A stretch of 25,437 bases of DNA from Fibrobacterales bacterium (GTDB taxonomy: Bacteria > Fibrobacterota > Fibrobacteria > Fibrobacterales > JAOPTW01), in the NCBI GenBank assembly GCA_051532055.1, contig JAOPTX010000028.1:1-25437 (forward strand), given 5' to 3'. A program made the translations under genes and the position numbers. Shown in pieces: positions 8,665 to 17,370 of this stretch (the first letter of the stretch is position 1; each line of letters opens with the position of its first letter). The notes under the pieces are model-generated. The model ran no database searches. It saw only the letters and a program-made list of their open reading frames with translations, and was not told where the DNA came from.

Positions 8665-10893
8665 TTATTGAAACCTATAATAGAGTACCTGGCCATACGA
8701 AGGAAGACCAAACTCCGCAACATCATCTGTCACTTCATGTCGTGATAGTACTTCACCAGATAGAGTATAAAAAACGAGCTCATGAGCCCCTACAGGCACC
8801 GTCACGCGTTCACGCTCAACTCCCACCACCATACCATCTTTCAATGATTTACCAAAGAAAGGGTACTGCACCAACGCAACGTCTTCACTTGAAAGAACTT
8901 CACCTTCTCCAGCCTCTTCATCACTAGACAAGCCACCATCGCTACTCTCATTATCAACAATGTCACTACTTTCTGTAGCCATATCGCTTTCACCTTTAGA
9001 CTCATCATTTGAAGAGACCACTACAGAGGACGAACTTTCTAATACAACCCCATAGTCTCCTGCAAAACAGATAATCGAGTTTTCTGCATCCACTGAAGTC
9101 TCTATCCGTACATACAGAACTCCATGTTCACCGTCTATTGACCACTCCCCAGCGCCAGCTCCTTCAGCGAGAAGACGTGTATAATCACCAATGTACCGTA
9201 GCGTATCATCATTGTGAGTTACCGCAATATAATTGGTATCAAGTAAGTTTAATTTAACAATATAATCCCGAGAGGTAGGCTTCCCCGAGTAATTACCCTT
9301 GCTCGCACCAATGGTCACCTCAATATCACTCGCCTCTTTAGAAACAGTAAACACCGTCTGTGCATACTCATTTCTTGTATACCCATTTGACTCACCATCA
9401 TCATCATACATAGCAAATGAAGCGTCTCCAGACTGCTTAGGATACACATCAAGAGTAAGAGGATCTGGATGTACAGCATGATCAATGTTATAGATTTCAG
9501 GGCCCATTGGCACAATTGAGCCACGCTTCACAAACAACGGAATATACTTATCGTTTGATTCACTCACATCATAATTAACTATAGAGCCACCTGCAAAAAT
9601 AGTGTGAGTCCAATAATCAACCCACTCTTCGCCCTCAGGGAGCCAGACAGGCATTTTATCATCAGCCCAATCTTCACGCTTTTTATACACAGGCGCCACA
9701 AGAAACTCCTCACCAAACATATAAGAATATCGAATGTCATCACGCTGTCCAGGATAGGCTAATTTAAAAGGACGAGTAAGAGGCATTGCCTTATCATAAA
9801 TATCCCACACATAGGTATAGATATAGGGCAGGAGCCTATAGCGTAGCATCCTTGAGAAATGAGAATTTTCTTCAACTTTTTCTCCCCATGACCATACATC
9901 ACGATCAACACCCGCACCATGATTCCGGGTAAAGGGTGAAAAGTCAGCATGCTGTATCCAACGATTCGCTAATTCTGGGTCTTCACCGCGCAAGTGCCCC
10001 GGGCAGTCCGCATGAACATACGACCACCCACCCATTGAACCATCTTCACTATAGACCGTTGCATCAATCGCCTCTTGCAATCCTTCCCAGCTCCCATCAT
10101 TATCACCAGTCCAATGCATCGGCATAGTCTTCTCTATCTCATCTTCGTTGGGAGCCTTTAACTCACCCATATCGCCCCAATCACCAGGACTCTCATAATT
10201 CATTCTATTTGGACGCATATAGTGGCGCGCCATAAAAATACGACGCTTATCATCACCCCACACTTCTCTGAGCAATTCCCACACTTGCGCCTCATAATCT
10301 GATCCACCAGTCCAAAAGTCGAGCCATACCACATCGACACCCCATTCGAGATGTTCACGCATTTTTTGAAGCCACTCCTGCCCAAAGCCACCAGAGTGGT
10401 AATTAAGAACAATCTTGAATCCCATATCATGAAGAGAATCAATCATTTTTTCAGGATCCGGGAATCGATCATAACTCCACTGCATGTTTTTTAGATCATT
10501 ATCCCAGCCCCACTCTTTATCATTCCAAAACATATCGAGTACCATAACATCTGCAGGATGCTTATGATCACCATACTGGTTTTCCAAACCACGGAGCGCC
10601 TCTGCATGATCAATAAAAGAATTTTGATACCCATACCCATTATCCTCACCCCAATAGGATTGCCAAAAGCCAAGAGACCACTTAGGAATCATTGGCTCAG
10701 TATGTGGATCATTCAAGTTTATTACAGGATTAATTGTTCCCTGTTCAACCATTTCTATATCATCAGTGGATTGTTCATCACCATATTTTGGTTTATACGT
10801 ATCATCAGCCGCAAAAACTGTCGTAGCAATGAGACTAACATAGAGTGCATTTTTAATATATGCACCCAATTTAATATTCTTTAGAATTTTCAT
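8665..10893 (-). CDS. Secreted glycoside hydrolase family 31 (alpha-glucosidase/xylosidase-like) with DUF5110-like domain, Ser/acidic linker and short C-terminal domain
   Basis: Start moved to ATG 10893 (AGAGGG RBS; signal peptide ..TTVFA); PKWSLGFWQS, VLDMFW, FPDP, WLD (nucleophile), HWTGDN (acid/base), PFTRNH, RYRLLPYIY, YMFG..FLVAPV, PLFVK.GSI.P, YDDDG. Confidence 0.88.
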   Translation of the reverse strand: MKILKNIKLGAYIKNALYVSLIATTVFAADDTYKPKYGDEQSTDDIEMVEQGTINPVINLNDPHTEPMIPKWSLGFWQSYWGEDNGYGYQNSFIDHAEALRGLENQYGDHKHPADVMVLDMFWNDKEWGWDNDLKNMQWSYDRFPDPEKMIDSLHDMGFKIVLNYHSGGFGQEWLQKMREHLEWGVDVVWLDFWTGGSDYEAQVWELLREVWGDDKRRIFMARHYMRPNRMNYESPGDWGDMGELKAPNEDEIEKTMPMHWTGDNDGSWEGLQEAIDATVYSEDGSMGGWSYVHADCPGHLRGEDPELANRWIQHADFSPFTRNHGAGVDRDVWSWGEKVEENSHFSRMLRYRLLPYIYTYVWDIYDKAMPLTRPFKLAYPGQRDDIRYSYMFGEEFLVAPVYKKREDWADDKMPVWLPEGEEWVDYWTHTIFAGGSIVNYDVSESNDKYIPLFVKRGSIVPMGPEIYNIDHAVHPDPLTLDVYPKQSGDASFAMYDDDGESNGYTRNEYAQTVFTVSKEASDIEVTIGASKGNYSGKPTSRDYIVKLNLLDTNYIAVTHNDDTLRYIGDYTRLLAEGAGAGEWSIDGEHGVLYVRIETSVDAENSIICFAGDYGVVLESSSSVVVSSNDESKGESDMATESSDIVDNESSDGGLSSDEEAGEGEVLSSEDVALVQYPFFGKSLKDGMVVGVERERVTVPVGAHELVFYTLSGEVLSRHEVTDDVAEFGLPSYGQVLYYRFQ

Positions 10894-11351
10894 TCGAGCC
10901 CTCTGTGTATGTGTGCGCAAGCCCCAGCATTCGCTATTCTGCGCTAAAAATAAGCACTCGACCTCACATCTACAACAACTACAGAAGATACAAACAAAAT
11001 TAGCGCAAGTACTGTTGAGATTTAAGCGAAGGATATTCATTGCTGCGAGCAAATTTCAGTCTACACACTCGTCATTAAAGACTACAAGTGCGCCACTCCC
11101 CCTCTAAAAGGCAGGATGAGAAAATATTACTTTTTACTCATCAACCCCTAGATACGGTATATACCATAGGTTGTGGAACATCAAAAAAGAACATTTAACA
11201 ATTATTAGTCAACAAAAATGTATACACTAAACGCAATCAAACAAGTAAAACATTCCTTACACAGGAGTTACCGGCTTATCGATCAATTTAAAAATAACCG
11301 GAATTCTGAATGCAACATTGACCGCACTATCGATTAGTAAAATATTACAAA

Positions 11352-12896
11352 TTATTTTGAGCTAAAATCCACTTGAGGGCGCCAATTGCCAGACACACCT
11401 AATACACCTGTCATTCCTCTCAAGTTTCCATAAGTATTCTGACCTGAATGGTCCTGTACTTTCAGGGGACCATTCGGATCATATTCAAAATCATAACTTA
11501 ACAATAGGCCTGATATATCATCGATTAATGCAGTAGTATGATAGAGATTATTAATAATTTCATCTTCCGTCCGTGCACGATTCCAAATACGTACATTATC
11601 CATACGTCCATAAAAATGGCCATCAGAAGATTCTTCACTTTTCCCGAGATAATTAACCCAACGCTCAGTATTGACAGGAACAGCCTTGCTTCCACTTTCC
11701 GACCGCACTTTCTCTATTCCATCGACATAAAAAGACACCACACCATTTGGCGTAACAGTCAGAGCTACATGGGTCCATTGATTAGGAACAAAAACACTAT
11801 CAAGACTCAATCCACTCCATGATTGATCATTAGTACCATCTTTCGCATTACACACCGTATACTGTAATTTATAATTTGACCCTTCAACAACAACTCCAAG
11901 CGCGATCATATAATTATTAAATCGACCATTAGAAAGATGGATGAGATGTGCATACTGCTCTATAGTATCCCACTCAACCCAAAGCTCCATTGTAAGACCA
12001 TTCCCTGTAAAATCAGCATTTACACCGTTCTCTATTTGAACATATTCATTTGACGTTTTGATATTTAAAACTTCAGTAGTATCAGCAAAAACAATTGGTT
12101 TATTAAATGAGAGATCTTGGTTCGATGATGATTCCAGAACCTCATCAAATTCTAACACAGAAGAGGCTACTGAACTCGCTTCTGATGAACTATGCATAGA
12201 TGAGGAACGTGAACCTTCTATAGAACTCGACATCAATGCATCACCATCTATCTTTTCAGATGAACTTGTAGAACTTATCATTTCTTCATATGAACTTATA
12301 AAAACAAAAGAAGACTCTTCTTTACTTGGAGGTAAGATGACCGATACTTTTTCATCTTGACCACTACTGCTTACAGGTAAATCACTTTCGATTTTTTCTT
12401 CTCTATTTTTAATTTGAAAATAGGCACTGTTATTATCAATCACCATAAGAGTTTCCGACTTAAAGCGAGTCAAATTTTCAATCTCTGTCTGCATATATGT
12501 TACACTATCTGATTCATCAATAGATTCATAATATTCTATTTCCACTTCTAAATCATACACAATAGAATCATACACTCTATTAAAATCATCAATCTGTACA
12601 TTAAGAAGTTCAACTTTTTGTTCAAGCCCTCTCACAAAGCCCTTGATACGGACCGCGTCTGTTTCATGGCTTAACACTTCATTTATTCGATTAATAGTAT
12701 CTGTGAGAGCTATCATTTCATTTATTCTTGGACTCAAAGGATTTTGTGAATCATTGTGAGCAATTTCATCTTTAGATTCATTCAACGACAATGGCTCTAT
12801 TGAATTAGTACAGTGCGTTATGAATAGTGAAAGTAATACAGTGAATAGTAACTTTTTGCTGGCCAACCCAACAACATTGCATTTATGAAAATACAT
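11352..12896 (-). CDS. Lipoprotein: helical/coiled-coil domain, Ser-rich linker, LamG-like domain; paralog of 6537-8195
   Basis: Lipobox-like ITHC; LTMELWV, WTHVALT, FYGRMDNVRIWN; aligns by eye with the 6537-8195 protein in both terminal domains. Confidence 0.82.
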   Translation of the reverse strand: MYFHKCNVVGLASKKLLFTVLLSLFITHCTNSIEPLSLNESKDEIAHNDSQNPLSPRINEMIALTDTINRINEVLSHETDAVRIKGFVRGLEQKVELLNVQIDDFNRVYDSIVYDLEVEIEYYESIDESDSVTYMQTEIENLTRFKSETLMVIDNNSAYFQIKNREEKIESDLPVSSSGQDEKVSVILPPSKEESSFVFISSYEEMISSTSSSEKIDGDALMSSSIEGSRSSSMHSSSEASSVASSVLEFDEVLESSSNQDLSFNKPIVFADTTEVLNIKTSNEYVQIENGVNADFTGNGLTMELWVEWDTIEQYAHLIHLSNGRFNNYMIALGVVVEGSNYKLQYTVCNAKDGTNDQSWSGLSLDSVFVPNQWTHVALTVTPNGVVSFYVDGIEKVRSESGSKAVPVNTERWVNYLGKSEESSDGHFYGRMDNVRIWNRARTEDEIINNLYHTTALIDDISGLLLSYDFEYDPNGPLKVQDHSGQNTYGNLRGMTGVLGVSGNWRPQVDFSSK

Positions 12897-12914
12897 AGTC
12901 TGCCTTAATTATAC

Positions 12915-12954
12915 AGTATTATTAATATCAAAGAACTTTGATATTAATAATACT
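12915..12954. repeat. Perfect 19-bp inverted repeat with 2-nt spacer
   Basis: AGTATTATTAATATCAAAG-AA-CTTTGATATTAATAATACT. Confidence 0.9.
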
Positions 12955-13222
12955 CAGTGTGTCCCCGTTTCATAGGTAAACCATAATAAAATGCCTTGTA
13001 TTTCTTTGACACTTCAAATAATTCCCTATGGTATCTCATCACATACAGTAATACTATTACTGAACACCGGCAAACATAGCAAAGAGAACGAAACCCCTCA
13101 CCCACTTTACGTATATTTTACATAGTGACAGGGTTTCCCAGCCAATATCGGCATTCAGTAAACATTATTTAACATACTTTAGAAAAAGATTCGCACAGCC
13201 CCATAGGCAAGTACTAGGAACC

Positions 13223-13293
13223 GCGAGAGTTAAAAATAGAGAAGAACGTTTGGGACACACTTCTCTATTTTCAGAGAGAACTCCGCATTTTTT
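13223..13293. ncRNA. Candidate small RNA / terminator-like hairpin with GGGACAC (minus strand GUGUCCC) loop; strand uncertain
   Basis: 12-bp stem AAAATAGAGAAG (13233-13244) / CTTCTCTATTTT (13260-13271), 15-nt loop; outer GCGAGAGTT/AACTCCGC extension followed by T6; no long ORF ends here. Confidence 0.4.
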
Positions 13294-13495
13294 CACTCAA
13301 TTGAGTCTATTTTTTATTTTCCTCTGTTAATTTAATACGACATCCAATACAGGCGTGATTCGTCAACAAATGTCAACATCAATTCCCTAATTTTGAGACT
13401 TCAAGTAATTTATAGAGAAACTAAAAGATACTTTTAACATACACACACATTAGAAAGTACCAACATATAGAATGACACATACATCGGGGGACACA

Positions 13496-13639
13496 ATGAA
13501 AGGATTAGCACTTATACTCAGCAGCATAATGAGCATACTTTTGGTCAGTTTTTCTATACACGAATTTTCACAAGCTGGTAATTACACCATAGAACCCATC
13601 AGCTCAAATGACCTATTCGGTGAAGAGGGAGCACAATGA
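13496..13639 (+). CDS. Unannotated 47-aa small membrane/secreted peptide MKGLALILSSIMSILLVSFSIHEFSQAGNYTIEPISSNDLFGEEGAQ
   Basis: GGGGGA RBS identical in context to that of the 21031 gene; N-terminal hydrophobic helix; stop overlaps the next start (ATGA). Confidence 0.6.
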   Translation: MKGLALILSSIMSILLVSFSIHEFSQAGNYTIEPISSNDLFGEEGAQ

Positions 13640-13743
13640 GTGTAATACAATACCACCTAACAGAAATAGAAGCAGGTTATATTACACGCAAGTGCCACTC
13701 AGCTAACATTAAGAACAGTACAGGAGCACTGAAAACATATTAG
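13636..13743 (+). CDS. Unannotated 35-aa small ORF MSVIQYHLTEIEAGYITRKCHSANIKNSTGALKTY
   Basis: GAGGGAG RBS, ATGA overlap with the upstream sORF, followed by a hairpin and a terminator. Confidence 0.45.
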   Translation: MSVIQYHLTEIEAGYITRKCHSANIKNSTGALKTY

Positions 13744-13800
13744 ATTATTTTGAATGCCCAAGCAGATATTTCACTAGAGTAAACTCTTTGAATATCTGCG

Positions 13801-13838
13801 AAAAGAGCCAATAGAGGGACACCTATTGGCTCTTTTTT
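13801..13838 (+). terminator. Intrinsic terminator (possibly bidirectional) after the small-ORF pair; loop AGGGACAC
   Basis: AAAAGAGCCAATAG-AGGGACAC-CTATTGGCTCTTTTTT; a second hairpin GCAGATATT/AATATCTGC lies at 13762-13799. Confidence 0.85.
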
Positions 13839-13908
13839 ATGAATTCTACCCCATACATAGGGCAAAAGTGCTACATTTAGGCTCTAAAATACCCTTTTTG
13901 AGCGTTTT

Positions 13909-15339
13909 ATGAATTATATATCGACCCGTGGCGGAATGGAGCCTCAACAGTTTTCTGACATCCTTCTTGGTGGCCTCGCCCCCGATGGTGGTTTGACTCT
14001 TCCAGAATCCTATCCTCAGTTTTCACTTACTGAACTAGCCGATATGGCTTCTCTCAGTTATGCTGATCTTGCCTATAGTGTCATCTCAAAACTTGCTACC
14101 GATATAGATCCCACCGATCTTAAAGAAATAATCGATGCTACATATACTGAAGAAGTGTATTGTAATGGCCGTGAACCTGCTCATGCGAATGAGATTACTC
14201 CACTGACTCAACTTGATGAGACACTCTTTCTACAAGAACTTTCTAATGGCCCCACACTCGCCTTTAAAGATATGGCCATGCAGCTCCTCGGCAATCTTTT
14301 TGAGTTTGTATTAGAGAAACGCAATCAGACAATAAACATTGTCGGCGCAACCTCTGGTGACACCGGCTCTGCAGCAGAATATGCAATGCGCGGCAAAAAA
14401 GGTGTCAACGTTTTCATGCTCTCACCGAAAGGTAAAATGAGCGACTTTCAACGTGCTCAAATGTTTAGCCTTCAAGACAACAACATTTTTAACATTACCA
14501 TTCCTTCATTTTTTGATGGCTGTCAAGATCTTGTTAAAGCAGTTAATAACGATGCAGATTTTAAGAAAGAGTACCAAGTGGGTGCAGTAAACTCCATTAA
14601 CTGGGGACGCATTGTTGCACAAGTGGTCTACTATTTTAAAGGCTACCTCGCTGCTGCACCAACTGTAGGCGATGCGGTCGACTTTACTGTACCTTCAGGG
14701 AACTTTGGCAATGTCTGTGCAGGTCATATAGCACGTATGATGGGTGTACCAATCAGAAACCTCGTTGTTGCAACCAATGAAAATGATGTGCTCGATGAGT
14801 TTTTCAAAACAGGCGCCTATCTTCCACGCCCCGATGAAAAAGTTTTTCAAACGTCAAGCCCATCAATGGACATTTCAAAAGCATCAAACCTTGAACGGTT
14901 TGTCTTTGATCTCGTCGGTCGTGATTCTAAAAAACTGGCAACCTTCTGGAAAGATGTTGAAGCCGGCAAAGGCTTTACCCTTGATGCCGCTACAACTGCA
15001 AAAATGAAAGAACGGTATGGCTTTCTCTCTCAGAAAAGTACTCATGCTGAGCGTCTTGCCTCTATTAAAGAAGTATTTGAAACCTATAAGCTCGAGATAG
15101 ATACTCACACAGCTGATGGGTATCATGCAGCTAAAATACATCGTGACCCAAAAGTACCAATGGTTATAACAGAGACAGCACTTGCATGTAAATTCAGAGA
15201 GTCAATTGTCGAAGCTCTTGGTACTGAACCTCATCGTCCTGAACATTTAAAAGGAATAGAGGAACTGCCCCAACGTTCATTCGATATAGAAAATGATAGT
15301 ATCTCACTTAAAAAATTTATAACAGATAATTTGGGATAA
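13909..15339 (+). CDS. thrC: Threonine synthase
   Basis: YISTRG, GLAPDGGL, GPTLAFKD (PLP lysine), GATSGDTG, NSINWGR, VPSGNFGN, ATNEND, SPSMDI..ASN.ER. Confidence 0.97.
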   Translation: MNYISTRGGMEPQQFSDILLGGLAPDGGLTLPESYPQFSLTELADMASLSYADLAYSVISKLATDIDPTDLKEIIDATYTEEVYCNGREPAHANEITPLTQLDETLFLQELSNGPTLAFKDMAMQLLGNLFEFVLEKRNQTINIVGATSGDTGSAAEYAMRGKKGVNVFMLSPKGKMSDFQRAQMFSLQDNNIFNITIPSFFDGCQDLVKAVNNDADFKKEYQVGAVNSINWGRIVAQVVYYFKGYLAAAPTVGDAVDFTVPSGNFGNVCAGHIARMMGVPIRNLVVATNENDVLDEFFKTGAYLPRPDEKVFQTSSPSMDISKASNLERFVFDLVGRDSKKLATFWKDVEAGKGFTLDAATTAKMKERYGFLSQKSTHAERLASIKEVFETYKLEIDTHTADGYHAAKIHRDPKVPMVITETALACKFRESIVEALGTEPHRPEHLKGIEELPQRSFDIENDSISLKKFITDNLG

Positions 15340-15359
15340 GTATCGGAGCACAATATTTT

Positions 15360-15392
15360 AAGCCAGCCTCATTACTATGAGACTGGCTTTTT
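15360..15392 (+). terminator. Intrinsic terminator of thrC
   Basis: AAGCCAG-c-CTCAT-tact-ATGAG-a-CTGGCTT followed by Ts. Confidence 0.8.
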
Positions 15393-15721
15393 ATTTTATA
15401 GACAATCAAAATGAACACATTTATTAACATACTCCAACAATTTTACACAGCTTAACATACCCCACTACAATTATCTTGTTGTGTAATTTTCTTTACACTA
15501 CATAAAACAGTGCAACCAAATTCCTCAAGCTCTGTATCCCTAACTTTACTTGAATTGCCCTCAGAGTATCCTACCTTTGTATTCAATGGCACACAGCCAG
15601 AACACATGACAAAACGTAAACTCATTCCTTGCTTCTCTAATCACTACCTTTGCAGACGAGGCCTCTTTCTCTTTATGAGTTCACCCTGACCATTTACCTC
15701 TTTACTAAAAAACAAGACTCA

Positions 15722-17086
15722 ATGAATAGTATAATATCAATACTCATACTCCTCACGTTCACCACCCTTATTCAGGCACAATTCCCCTCAATGAATCGCA
15801 TGCCCACCTCCCCAGCGAAGGGAGTACAAGGACTTGCCGTTGTCATTAATTTTGCCGACACCCCTAAAAACAAACAAATATCAAATGCTGCAATAGAACG
15901 ATTATACAATCAGCCAGACTATGCACGGTTCGGAAACAATGGTTCTGTTCGAGACTATTACATAGCAATGAGTAATGGAGCTTATGATATTACGCACACC
16001 GTAATTCAATACACTACTAATCACCCGAAAGAGTACTACACCTATCAGCAATACCAATCAGATCATCACCTCCTTCTCAATGAAGTAACAAAATGGTTGA
16101 CTGAAGGAACAGGCCTTAACCCAGATAGATATGATAGTGATGCAGATGGAATTATCGACGCTCTTACTCTTCTCTACACCGACACTCCAAGCGGAGGTTG
16201 GGGAAATTCACTATGGCCTCATATCAGCATTTTAGAAAAAACGGCGTCATGGCACAACTTCACAGTGGATCGCTATGCTGTGGTCCCGGTCTACACTCAT
16301 TCCCCAGGACAGCTCTCTATCGGAACAATCTGCCACGAATTAGGGCACCTTCTCTTTCAATGGCCTGACATTACCCCTTCAAACGCATCATCAGCAAACC
16401 ACAGTGGCCTCATGGGCACGGGTCTGAACCCTAGCAACCCCCTTCCTCCCTCACCACTCTATAGAATCCATGAGAGATGGTCTCCCTCATTCAACCTATC
16501 TATCAACCACGACACCACCCTTACTCTCTCATCAAAATTGAATAGCCCCATTTACCAAATACAAAACCCTCAGGATACAGACGAATACCTTTTACTTGAG
16601 TATCGCACTCAGAAAGGCCGATACTCATCGAGTAATCTTTCAGGGCTTCTCATATACCACGTTGCCCCCCTTGATTCATCTCGTTGTGACCCTAGAATAT
16701 CCTGTTTTCCAAAAACAACCTTACTTGATCAAAACGCTCTCTATTGGGATAATGGCACTAAAATCGAACTTACATTCTCATTGGGACACATCTACGAAAC
16801 ATCACTTTCTCTAACCATACAGAGCACGAATTCATCCCCTGAGACCTCCAACCAATTGCCCCCCCGCTACTCTTTAACTCAGACAGAGAGCCATATTATT
16901 ATTACCGCAACAACTGAATCTCCTTTCACTGCAACAATATTCTCCATCACTGGTATTGAACTCATAAGTGATACCGGTAGAAACAACTCTCTCTCAATAG
17001 AAAGAAGACACCTTCTTCCAGGAGTTAATCACCTCTATATTAAGAGTAAAAAAGAGACTCAGTATTTTACTATTGGCCAGTGGTAA
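15722..17086 (+). CDS. Secreted M6-family (immune inhibitor A-like) zinc metalloprotease with C-terminal sorting-like domain
   Basis: Start moved to ATG 15722 (signal peptide ..LIQA); GSVRDYY..MSNG, YDSDADGIID, LWPH, GTICHELGH (HExxH), LMG.G, YLLLEYR, GLLIYH. Confidence 0.8.
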   Translation: MNSIISILILLTFTTLIQAQFPSMNRMPTSPAKGVQGLAVVINFADTPKNKQISNAAIERLYNQPDYARFGNNGSVRDYYIAMSNGAYDITHTVIQYTTNHPKEYYTYQQYQSDHHLLLNEVTKWLTEGTGLNPDRYDSDADGIIDALTLLYTDTPSGGWGNSLWPHISILEKTASWHNFTVDRYAVVPVYTHSPGQLSIGTICHELGHLLFQWPDITPSNASSANHSGLMGTGLNPSNPLPPSPLYRIHERWSPSFNLSINHDTTLTLSSKLNSPIYQIQNPQDTDEYLLLEYRTQKGRYSSSNLSGLLIYHVAPLDSSRCDPRISCFPKTTLLDQNALYWDNGTKIELTFSLGHIYETSLSLTIQSTNSSPETSNQLPPRYSLTQTESHIIITATTESPFTATIFSITGIELISDTGRNNSLSIERRHLLPGVNHLYIKSKKETQYFTIGQW

Positions 17087-17370
17087 CAATCGACCAAGAT
17101 ATTTTCGTCTTTTAAACCCAAAAGACATATTTTCCTTTATAACGGTTCCCCAAGATGAACTTATTGAGTCAAGTTCAACCAATTTCAAAGTTATATTGGC
17201 CATCAATTTTATTTGGGCCTAGAATCCTATAAGCTCATCTTTCATCAATTGAGGCAAGCTCTTTAGAGCGGTCCCTTTTACTAGGTTTCACTCATTTATT
17301 TATTAACTGGCTACACATCTATATCGTTAGATTGTACTTTTCCAGAATATCTTCTTTAACGGGAATTCTC

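Noticed and set aside
10894..11052. Extended N-termini given in the ORF track (also 5534, 8243, 15650, 17332)
   Set aside because: Non-ATG starts without RBS; downstream ATGs give an RBS and/or a proper signal peptide.
13636..13838. thrL-like attenuator upstream of thrC (short ORF plus terminator)
   Set aside because: No run of tandem Thr/Ile codons, no evident antiterminator, and a separate promoter-like element (13872) lies downstream of the terminator.
15587..15602. TGGCAC as a second sigma54 promoter
   Set aside because: No TTGC at the -12 position.
16994..17206. 70-aa minus-strand ORF
   Set aside because: Overlaps the M6 protease 3' end, has no convincing RBS and no recognisable motif.
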